In this document: in pieces, positions 25,274 to 37,200 of the stretch
Layout of the letters: the number at the start of each line of letters is the position of its first letter
Numbering within the stretch: position 1 is the first letter of the stretch
Source: Balanoglossus misakiensis
Taxonomy: Eukaryota; Animalia; Hemichordata
Direction of reading: 5' to 3'
Assembly (NCBI GenBank): GCA_040954595.2
Contig: CM082578.2
Location: 6,495,519-6,559,518, forward strand
DNA: 64,000 nucleotides
Notes under the pieces: model-generated
Databases searched by the model: none
The model's input: only the letters and a program-made list of their open reading frames with translations
What the model was told of the DNA's origin: nothing
Made by a program: the position numbers and the translations under genes

Positions 25274-28200
25274 GTGTGATGATGATGATGATGATGATGA
25301 TGATGAGTGTGATGATGATGTTGATGATGATGGTGGTGGTGGTGGTGGTGGTGGTGGTGGTGGTGGTGGTGGTGGTGGTGGTGGTAATGATGATGATGAT
25401 GATGAGTGTGATGATGATGATGATGATGATGATGATGGTGGTGGTGATGATGATGATGATGATGATGATGATAATGACAATGATGACGATGATGATAATG
25501 ACGATAATGATAATGATGATTGCAGGATCTACATAGAACTGGCTGCAGCGGGTTTTGTGGACAAGAAGCGGAAGAAGATCGAATTGTCTTGAAGAGGGTG
25601 TTGCTGGCCTATGCCAGATGGAACAAGTCCGTGGGCTACTGTCAGGGCTTCAATGTGCTAGCGGCTCTTATCCTTGAAGTCATGGAGAGGAAAGAGGATG
25701 ATGCTTTAAAGGTATGTTGTAGATTGATGTGTCAAGTCTTGTGTCAGAAAATGAATCTTGTTTGTTATGTTTGTGTGTAAGTGTGTGGGCGTGCTCTCGG
25801 GATAATGTTCAATAAAGTATTAGCCCAAGATAGCGTCAATGTAACCACCAGAATGTACGCCAATATGCATTTGCAAAAAGTCATAGAATATTAATCTCCT
25901 TTCTTGTCAGTGTAACGAAACCTTCAGAAATTGAATCTTTGAAGAAAGGTGGTTTTTATTTATGGTAAAATTGTTTTTTTCCGTGCGACTTGTTTTATGG
26001 GAGAGAGGCGGGCAGAGAGATAGAGATTCCATGCTGTAATTTGTGTGTGTATACTCAAGAATATCAAACAAACTCAGTATCAGTCAAAGCACTTTCAAAG
26101 TAGAAGCTTCTTCAGGGGATAATTATGCCATCACGTTAATGAACAAATTGCAGTTTAATATTCAAGTAGACTCACCATCAGAATGACAAGTGCCGGTGGA
26201 GCCAAGCACAACCGTTATCTGTTCAAGGTCCGTACCGGCCAATTTATGACAGTAGCATTCTGTGGCTAAGTCCATCCAGCCCTCAAACTCGTCTTCAGAA
26301 ATGAAAGTGACATAACCAGAGTATTGCATGCAAGGGGCATAATGCCCAACAAATTTTAAGACGTACAAGTTATTTATAACATCACTGCTGTAAGGGGAGT
26401 TTTCATGCAAAATTACTATGAATTAATGACTCTTCCCATGAGTCCTGACATTTCCAAGAATCGTGTTTCTAATCCTCCTGAGTAAAAGCTTTGGCACAAA
26501 CCCAGACTGGTTGTCATACCTGCCACCAAATGCCATCACATGAATTTTTATTTTGGATTCTGTATTACCACAAATACGGGTACACACTTCTTTTTGTTGA
26601 TTTGTTCTTTAAAATTATTCCATGCGTAAAATTAACACCTAGCTTTGGCAGATTCCCTATCCTATTCAGAAAGTGCTGGAAGTGACAGATACTATCAAAA
26701 ATTCACTACACTCAAGTCATCCTTGTTCAGAAGTAGACAGCGGGCATGGAAAGTTGATTTTAAATTGTATCATGAAGAGATTCAAAAAATCAGATCCTAC
26801 TCCGAAAAAAAATAATGCAATTTGCATTCTGTGGAATTTGTACTTCTTCATTTTCAAGTTCTGTCTGTTTTTACTCTACACATGTATGTGTATCTACATG
26901 TGCCCCAATTCTGTTGGAATGAGCCTAGGATTATTGACTTCTTGGAGACAAGAAGGTTCGAGCAAGCTTCTGAAGTTTTCTGCAAACATCAGTTGGTGTG
27001 AGTGGCAGTCTGAATACGTAATGAAAGAATGGGAAACATGTCATGACGCTGACAGCATGGGAAATGAAGCCCGGTTTTTCGTCGGGAAGGAAGTTTTACA
27101 GTGATCGTGAATTGTGGGGTTCGTGACAGTGCAGGCATGCAGGCCTTTGTTTGAATAGTTTTGAGTGACATTTTGCTTTCAAAATATTGTTGTCGCTGAT
27201 TCTGTGGTGTTTCCGTCCGGACAAAGGGGGATGAGAATTGATTTAGGGGAAGACTGTGGCAGAGGCGATATCTGAATACGTAATGAAAGAATGGGAAATT
27301 ACACAACACTGACAGCATGGGAAATGAAGCCGGTTTCTCGTTGGGACGGATGTTTTGCAGTGAATGTGTTGTTGCCGCTGATTCAGAAGCATTTCCATCT
27401 GGAGAGAAGGTGATGAGAATTGATTAGGGGGAGGAGACAGCTGCAGGGATGATAGAATTCACAGCAGAAACATCTGAGAAGCCAGCTTCATTGAGAACCT
27501 GTCGCATATATTCCTGCAATGTGAGAGAGCAGCATTCGTAAAGTAACCAAGTAACATTGAAGGGGTGTGGATTTTTTCTTTGCTTGACAACAGCCAGAAT
27601 ACCATGAAAAATTGGTGTCTGAACAACTAGATATAGTGTTTAACTAACGTCGGTAATTGGACTGAAGTTGTGAGGGTCCTCTGCATACATGTACTACAGT
27701 ATTATGTACGTACAATGTAATTTGTACGTTTCTCATATATCAGTACAAAACACCAGCTGTGGGAATTATCGCAAACAAACCCAGAGGTCCAGGAAGTATT
27801 TCGGTCAATATTTGTTCGTAAAAAGAAATATTTGTTCTTTTATTGCAAATCCGGAAATTCGGAAGTATCAGATTCCAATGAATCAACAGATTGTATAATT
27901 AAATCGGAGTTTTGACACATACTTTGCTTCTCAATTGCAATGAAATTTCTCCCAGATGCCACCTCGCTTGTCATGATCAAATGTTGTTGTTTTTTGGTCC
28001 AACTCACATTTTCGGAAAAATGAGTGGAAAAAACATTTTCTAACTGTGATATTCTGTGGAGACTCAATCACAGCAATGTGTTAACGGCAACTAGACCATA
28101 TACATGTTGTGTAGTCCATCTTGGATTTTGCCTCCTAGGGTTTTTTCATGCTTAAACATGCGCGACCATGAATAACAATGACAAAATCAAACAAGTAATG

Positions 28201-31200
28201 CAAATGTAGCTGATTTAATTCTGATATTTCTGTTTTCCCTATTGATACAGTTCATGCGTGTTTTAAGCAGATGTTGAATCTTTCTACGACCAGTGTCCTT
28301 GTAAATAATGACAGCACAGCTTAAAACTTAGAGCTCATCAAAATGGAAACCTTGCATGCCCAGTGACAATTAACAGTAAACATCCACCTGCAGCAGGTGA
28401 ATCTGACTTGTGATGTGTCTCTGGTGTTTTGTTTCGGTTTGGTTTTGCCATCAGAATTTTAATTTTGTTTGTGTATATAACGTCTGTGCGATGGGTGGAC
28501 TTCATAGTTGAGGGTTTTAGAGTACAACATAACAATTAGAGTTAATGAGACCTTGAGTTATATATATACCGGTATATACATGGATATATATATCTGTGAT
28601 TTGTTGTCAGACACACAACATAAACAGAGCGGCAGTGATTATATGGCTCAATTCTAAAGATAGCGAACAAACATTAATGTCATTATCCTGATTTGTTCCA
28701 CCAGGCGGTTCTTATTGTACTCAAAGAGGAAAAAATATCCCTTATTTTGTTAAGATTCATCCCCCAAAAATCAACAACTCTGCTTGTAGTTGTAGGTATA
28801 TACATGTCCTTCAAAGTGCACTTTGTCCAGCTGACAATTAATAGCATTGGAAATGATGAAGCATTAGTTTTGATTTTAATAACGAACAGAAAGCAAAAAA
28901 ATGAAGAGCTGAGGCTGTAGCACGTACTGAAGAGCCAGCACGTATTGTAAAGACACCTTGAAGAAGTGATTAGCAGAGAGGGGTCGCGAGGGCCTTGACT
29001 CTAGTATTCATCAAAAAGCAACTGAGAAAAATTCAACTGGATAAGTTGTTTTCATTTGACAGATTGAAAATGTCGCTCAGAGGAGAATGAGCGCGCGGCG
29101 CAAATCAATTCTTCGATGGACTCCAGCCATCACTACATCTTATTACTTCTGTCGTCAGAATTGTATGTCGTGCGATGGCAACAGAAATATCTATGGCACT
29201 TCAAGATATATTCGTTTTGTACATTTTTTGTTCTTTCAGTCTTTTGTCTTAAATTCTTTTGTGAAAATATAATATGTGGCACAGATGTTACAAAAAGGGA
29301 ACTTAGGCACAGGATATTGTATATTGATTTTTTTTCTCCTGCAAATATGTACCTCACATTGACATTGTTCATATTTTAAGCTGGGAGAAAAGAAATATTT
29401 TTTAAGAATAGAATTGCTGCTTCTGTATTTTATTATATCTCTTAATGATGTTCAATTTACAACAAGTCTAAAAATGAGAATATGCATTGACACTGCTACT
29501 AGCCTAGAAAAAACCCAGGAATTACACCAAATTCTCAGTACAAAAACAAAACCTCCTGAATTAAATTATTTTTTAGTTGAAATACCATTAAATGTCACAA
29601 CTGAAGGCACACAGATGAAAGAGTTCGTTTTTGGATGCTGGGGGCATAAACAGTGTTCTGTATGGCCACCATTCTTGTGTTTTCTGCATCTTTCCAGTAC
29701 GTGTGGTTTCATCAAAAGCATATCAATGGCTTTAGCTTCATTCACTAAACCTTCAGTGCTCGTACTTCTTGTACGTACGCAGAGTAGATTGTGCTATTCA
29801 ATGCCTCTGGTACTGGACTGGAAAAAGAAACAACCTCAGTGGAGCCATTTTGAATGGTTGAATGGACAGTACGTGAAGAGACTCAAAGCTAAACTGAAGA
29901 TGCTTTCTTCTGAGCATGTTTCATCAACAATACAAAATGCCTTGGACAGATATTACAAATTTTTAATTCAAAATGAGAGATAAACTTTCAATATTTTGGG
30001 GGAAATTGGAACTTTATGATAGAAGTTGGGTTTTAAGCTTCTGTGGGCTTCAAATCTTGAACAGTTATCAGAATGACTGTCAGAATTGCATGAAACATAA
30101 AGAAACAACACATATGTATGTGCCTGTAGGTCTCAATCTTATATATTTAATTGTAGTAAACATTTTATTGTTAGGAGATCGATGTCGCCAAGCCCTAACC
30201 ATTATGCATATCTCTTGGTGTGCTTACTGTCTACTCTGGACTAAAACCTCATTTATATAATTATAATAATTTTAAAAAACTATGGCTCACTAACATTTAA
30301 TCCTTATCTGTTATCAAATGAAAATGCTTGAGTGGATTTGTGTGATATAGAAAAACAAAATGCTGATGGTGACTGATTTTGAGATAATGTAAAAGGGGCA
30401 CCACAGAGACTGGCGGCCATTTTGAATTTCAAATTTGCGACAAATACTGCTCTCTCATTCAAAATTTTGCACAGTGACTCCCTTCAATTTTTATTCTCAA
30501 TGTTAAGAGGAATAATTTCCAAGGCACATACTACATAACAGAAGCAAGTACAATGAGGGAATGAATATTTAATAAATCAAGAAGAAAAATTCTTGCTCAT
30601 TTTGACATGTCAAGCAAATTCATCAGAAAACATTAAATAAACCAGAAGCAAATAACTTTTCAGTGTCGGGTAGTTAAACTTTTAGCAAACAAGAATTCAA
30701 TGAAATTCAACCATCAATTCAAAACTCCCCCCCCCCCCCCCCCCCCCCAGCTGTAAATCAAGATTCCCACCAAAATCACCTAGCTTGGGTGAGCTGGTTC
30801 TTGTTCAATCAATTCTGTCTCATTGCCTATTCAATTCCACTGTTCCTTGATCCATGTCTGTTTTCCCCAGCAGCCTGCAATCAACAAAACCCCCAACAGC
30901 CTTATCCAACATAAATTCTACATAAAAAGTAAAAGTAATTGCAAATCCGCCGCAGCTGATAACACATATCTCCTCGTTTTGGAATGCACACAGTGTAAAA
31001 GCTATCGTAATTTATGGTCGCTGTGCATGTTGTTAGAATTCAGGAAAACATATCCCACCATTAGGGCAGTCCTGTGGGATCTAGTCCACATGGACATTGT
31101 TTCTATTTCAGGATTGGCAAATTGAGTTGTGGTGAAAATTATCAGAAATATAAGCCTGGCAAAATTGCACTCAACATTAATATGCTGTAATCATAACAGA

Positions 31201-34200
31201 TTTTTTTTCTTTTTATGTGATGTGTGTGTATATATGTGTGTGTATACTTAACACTTAAGCACTGCAAGAGATCTTTTTGAAAAGTGATTGTAAAAATTTC
31301 CTGCATTTGTTCCAATTATTCTGATGAATTATATTTTGTTCCTCGCATCTGATGATACATGTAGGTCGGAAGGACCATGAAATAATGTCCCTAGGTGTTT
31401 AATAAGTTTTCCTGATCATAACGTTCACCTTTAGCTTCAGGAGTAGACGATGTTTACAACAAAAATGTGCTCAAGAAAATACTGGATATAATTACATTGA
31501 CTACGTAGCTAAAGTAGAAATTTTACCGTGTTGAAAATGGCAACCGCTGTGTAATCTGCACCAAACATGCAATACTTAATGGAATTGATGTGAATTGATG
31601 TCAGCTTTGAAATAATAACACAGGCTCGCTCTCCAAATCAACACTTCCTACTTCCTGATTGGACTCTGTCGTGAGATTGGAGTATATTGCCATGTATTAA
31701 ACTTCTGTGGGTTTACTTTTTATGTTCATACGCCAAATCATAAAATCAGATAGTTATTTATCAATATTACCATTGTGAGGTGTCAATTATGACTACATTA
31801 CCCACAGTTTATGTAAATTTTTATTTTATGATTATATCGCTCAATGATATAAACTACGTTTTGGCTCGCAAAGCCTGTGTGTCATCCATAGGAATTTTTT
31901 TAAAGCGAACACTGAATCCCCGCTTGAGGGTTTTCTGAGACGTGATTGTACATGCAGCTCGTGTCGATATTTCTTAATCCACTGTTTTTAGGGGGTCTGC
32001 TTCCAAGAAGTGCTTCTGGTGATTGTCTGCGATCGAGCCAAATGGGGGAAAGATGATGAGCTTGGTTGCCAAGCAACAGCCGCTTTAAAGAGACCGTGGC
32101 TGCATGAAGATTGTGTACTTCAACCATGTTTTTTCCGCGACAGCTTTCTCTTGATTACCGAAGAAGTCTTGCTTGAGTTCTTCCCCTCCCCCTCAGTCAA
32201 TCTGAGTGCGTTCAAATTTAGTGCCTGCCCCCGCCTACAGCTGTGGAACTGTAATTGAAAACCAAAGAAGTGACGCATTTTGAGGCCCAGTAGCACCTTT
32301 CCTGCTAAATCAGACAACAGAGCCAATCTTGGCATACTTACCTTACGGCATGTCCAAGTATACAATGAAACACACTATCGCCAAGCCAAGGCATATTTTG
32401 AAGAAATTTCTGGCCATGTCAGCCATTCTAAATCTTGATGAATTAAATGCAAAAAATAACGTAAAATGTACAAACAAACGGAAAAAGTGAAAGTCATTTT
32501 TGGCGGAAATAAATATGGAATATGGGACAGTGTGACAAATCGGTAGGATTAGAGACACATTTTGTTGGAATTAATGTTTACAAAAAAAATTTCATTGTTG
32601 GCATGTGTCATCTACAGTCACGTCCAACATGAACAAAGAATTGACAGTCCTGAGTGTTGGCACGTACCGGTAGTACATTTTTAGTTCATATCGATTGAAA
32701 ACCGGCATTCAAAATAGAAAAGAGGAAATCTGTGTTTTCCGAAGTCATTATGTTGTCCAAGTGACGTCAATGGAAGTACTTACACATCGGCAGCGTGACG
32801 GATGACAGTGGTGGTTGCCAGGGCAACGGAGCGCGAGAGATGCGTGGATGCCCGTCGCATATTTTTGAAGTTGGCTACAGAGGAAGCACATAATGACCTA
32901 TTTAAAAATTTTGCCGCAGTCGGACGACCGATTCAATTTGTCCCCCTTCTGTTGTGGCACACTTTTGTGGTTTTCACACCGAATTGGAGTTTAATCCTGG
33001 TTTCAATGGATTTTTTTTCCCCACAGTGGACCGGAAGACTTAGTTCTTTATTTTATGAGTACATAAGACTTTGATCTCCTACTATAATACTTTGATCTCC
33101 TATTTTTTTATTTGCTATCATATGAACTGAACTGGTTTCAGCTGGGGGAAATACTTCCGCATCAGCTTGCCTATCCCAAATAGATGGACATTCTGTATGA
33201 GCCTAGGAACGTCAATCACTGTGTTTGCCCTATAAAACACAAGATCTATCAGATCTATAATATAAAATAATATTCTGGTCTATTTTCATTCAATTCACAA
33301 AATATGATACATTGCTGAAATCATCAATGCATTATCACAAAAGTTGTTTATTTTCTTAGTTTGAGTTATTAATATAATTTTGTTTTGCGTGAGATGGTAG
33401 ATCGTGCTGTGTTGATACTGAGACATGCTGGTATGATGGAAGTGTAACAGGCTGTTTTACAGAATTTCATGTGTGCTCTATCGTTTGGAAGAAGTAAAAA
33501 TCAGCATTTGTCAGCAAGGAGGATTTGTTTATGTCATTTTGGTGTGGTATAGACAGTCAGTTAATGTGGGGATGGAAGATGGTGGTATTTATGGGAAAAG
33601 TTAAAATAAAATTATAACAAAAAAGGGAAAGTGAACACCGCAATTCTGTATGAGTGTCAAATTCGTCAATAAAATGGGAAATAAAAGAACACCGCTTGAC
33701 ATGAATTCAAATCTATAGACACACCTGCAACCACTGTAAACCTTAACTGACATGTTTGGTATTTTTTGGACAAGATAGTAGTTCTGCTAAATTTAGAGAT
33801 GGAGAGTCATCAAAAAGTTAGAAAGAATTGTAGTAAAGTTATGCTTTTCTGCTTTAAAGGTACATGGTCACCTCCAATTTACATGTGTCCATAAATTGGT
33901 GTACCTGAGTTTTCTAAAGAACATATGGTGGCACTCGTTTTTTTCGCGTGTGTCACCCACTAAAACCTGTGATTGGCTGGATCTCAATTTGCCATGATAA
34001 CTGGCAATGTTCTGATAACTTTCATGGGTAGCCACGTGGATGTATAAATCTTTTATTTTCTCTATAAACATGGTGGAATATTGCGTCATGAAGAACATTG
34101 ATGCCAGCTGACACCTAAGTGATAGGTAAAAAACAATCAGAAAATTGTAAAAATAGCTGAATATTTATAGTAGCACTCCAAGGTTTTTTGTGGGACAGTA

Positions 34201-37200
34201 GGCACGTAATGCAACAATTCAAACTGCAGATACCTGGATGGGCATCGAACTCTCATTGGAAGTATAGCACTGTGAAATTTCCTAGGGAAAAAATAAAACA
34301 GTACTGTAGTGTAACTGGAAAGTAAAAGTTCATGTTGGTCTCCATGAAAGTGAAAGCCCTTCGATCAATGATAAAATTTATATGAACAACAATGTGCGAG
34401 TCTTCCTGGATGTCGATGAATTGGAAGGAGACACGCAAATTGGTGTTGACGTGCAGAATGAGAAAAGGGGATATCGTTCAATTGGAAAAAAATAATGACT
34501 CCCACAACTGCCAGAACGTAGGATTTGTCCTTTACGGATTTATTTTGTTTATGACGGTAACCTTCAATTATACAATAGCAATACTGGCATAAACATCGGG
34601 AATGTTCACTCGGGTCGAGGTGACAAGGTCTGTGTTTTGGTATCAGAATCCAATCTGGCCGTTAATTTGCGTAGGTAGTGGACGTGGATTGATTTAAGTG
34701 GAAACAAAGATGGACACACCCCCGCAATGCTCTTTCACAAAGTAACGTGGAACATATAAGAACTTAATCCCCGGATCAGCATGCAGTGCCTCAAGTTGAT
34801 TTTGTGTTATCGAACATCTAGAGAGTCTGGATAAATTAACTGCGCATGTACTGTTGTAACATCATTCAGTTCTCCCTTTCTACATGTATGATAACTGATG
34901 ATCAGTCCCCCAGTTCAGGAAGTAAAAGTCACTGATCTTCATCAAGGACCCTGGGTTTAATATAAACTGAGAAAAATTATTGCAGTTTGTGTTGGAAAGG
35001 TGGCGTCGTTTGAACCTTGGGATAAAATGATGACAGGTAGCGCAGAATTTATTCTAATCAAACAAGTTCAGCTTTGATGGCAAGATATCACAAGAATTTA
35101 ATTAAAGTTACACTGAGCCATACGCCTCTGCAGTTACATCTCTCGCACATCCCTCAAAAATGCCAAACCTCAAATGTAAGATGAAAATCTCTCTTGCTGG
35201 TGCAGTAATCATACACAGAGTTTGTCTGAGAACAGCATCTGACAATCTCTTGACTAAAATGTCACCAGATTTGGCCTTTTCTCTCCCTCCCACTCGTTTC
35301 GCTCTAAGGGCGATATTATCTTCTGAAATATTTCAGTCACGCATCTTGTACAGTAAATCCAGTCTGATTAAAGATGGATGGGGAAAATTGTCACGACCAT
35401 CACTTCTGAAACTCAAACATATCTGTTGGTGTCCAAAACAACCCCCGCAACACACCAGCAAGCTGTTGTTCACATTTGCCTTTTTCCTCAAACTGAAATG
35501 AAGTCAGCTAGGACACGTACGTAGCAGGGAATTTCCTTCCTCTTTCCTCCAGTGTAGTTTGAAAGTATTGTGAGACCTGTCATTACGGACACCTCACTAA
35601 TCAGGACACCTTTTGAAGACAAAAGTCACAGTTTGAATAGAATATTACCTGTCTATTAAGGACACCTCTCTATATTAAGGACATATTTTCTGGTCTCAGT
35701 GGTGTCCTCAATGGACAGGTTTCACTGTAAAATCATGAAAATAATGCAAGGAAGGGGCAGCTTGTGGGGCTCTTTTAATGTTTTAGCATGCAAGACAAAA
35801 ATAACAGTAACCGTAACACCTGGGATATGATTGAGAATGATACAAATTCTTGTTTGATAAAAATAAACAGAGAGAAAACTCGGCAAGCAGTGCATGAATT
35901 CAGAATAGGTATTATTTGGGGCAAATAGTGTCGTATATGCCTATAGGGTCCAGAGAGAGAGTGTTGTACACCAAAACATTTAGATCTCCCAAACATTATC
36001 CTGTGTCACGTTTTCTATTCAACCAAGCTAAAAATACTTTATTTTCATTTATTCATTTCGCTCTGAGTACAGTTTGAGAAAATCTGATTTCTTTTCTATA
36101 GGGAATGTCGATTTCACTGATTTCATAGGTATCAGCTGGACGGCCAATCTCTATAAAATTGCATCGCCATGGAAACTATGACATCAGTGTTAATATTTTG
36201 ATGACCGTATTTTGTTTGACACCCTTCATACTGTGAATTCCTTCAGTGTACATAGAGTGACATATTGGACCCGGCCTCAAATGGTATGCTTTGCCACTGA
36301 AATAAAAATTGTCTCTATTTGTTCCGCTGAAAGGCAGCATTTCACCACTTCACTGGTTGTAATTTAACGGCGGGAAAATGCATTTCGCCGGCATCTCGCT
36401 TTACTCGACTGTGCTTTGAGAGCAAACAAAAAGACATTTGCGATCTCCTTTTGATAACTGTTCAGTTGTTACAAACGGAATCAGGTTGCTTGGGTGTAAA
36501 GTTGGGAATTCAGCTCAGTTAAGTGGTTTGTTTGTGAATACGACGGCGTGTTAATTTGATGATGCACGTATTGGTCGAAAGACGAGCGAGTTATTCGGCT
36601 GTGTAGATGCTGTAGCTACAATTACCAATTTCGATCAAGTGGTCCGGTTACTTTTTATTGGAAAACTGCTTAATGTTGCTTTTCTATGTCGTTCTGAGCT
36701 TGAATTTCTTTCGTACGTTTCATCATCCATGACCTTACTGACCTTGTCAAAATTCTAATTATTATAAAGTTTTGGTAGAAAAAACACACGACAACTCCCT
36801 GAACCTACGCAAAGCATGATGGAATCACAGATTCCTCTGAGAAAAATATTTTAAAGCAAATTTAGGGTCGTGAGAATTTTCAAGCGTAAAGAAAAACATG
36901 TTGATCAAAAGACATCAAGCCTTGTTCAAGAAATCATTGGAATTAAAGTTCTCTGCACGTGTGTAAAATGACAGTGTTCGCTTAATCATACTGTATGCTC
37001 TCAATCTGTCTCCAACCTGGTGAAGGGGCAAATTGCTTGTGATTCCCATTGTGCAAATGAAAGCGGGTGTACCTGTGCTGGACACTTCGTCTTATATTCG
37101 ATGAATCTTCATCTGTGTTCATAGTGTGGGTGTATGTGACATTTTGCATCGTGTATCTCCAGAGACACTTTTATGAATAACGAAGATTATTCTGTCAGCT

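Noticed and set aside
25170-25592. Poly-Asp/Gly, poly-Met/Val and poly-Ser/Pro ORFs
   Set aside because: Translations of the (GAT)n/(GGT)n microsatellite in an intron; the true exon begins at 25526 in a different frame.
27430-27513. Minus-strand peptide EYMRQVLNEAGFSDVSAV resembling a methyltransferase C-terminus
   Set aside because: No upstream exons of such a protein could be found; too short to support.
29414-29983. 189-aa intronic ORF on + strand
   Set aside because: Non-ATG start, no recognisable domain, no convincing splice sites, intron-like composition.
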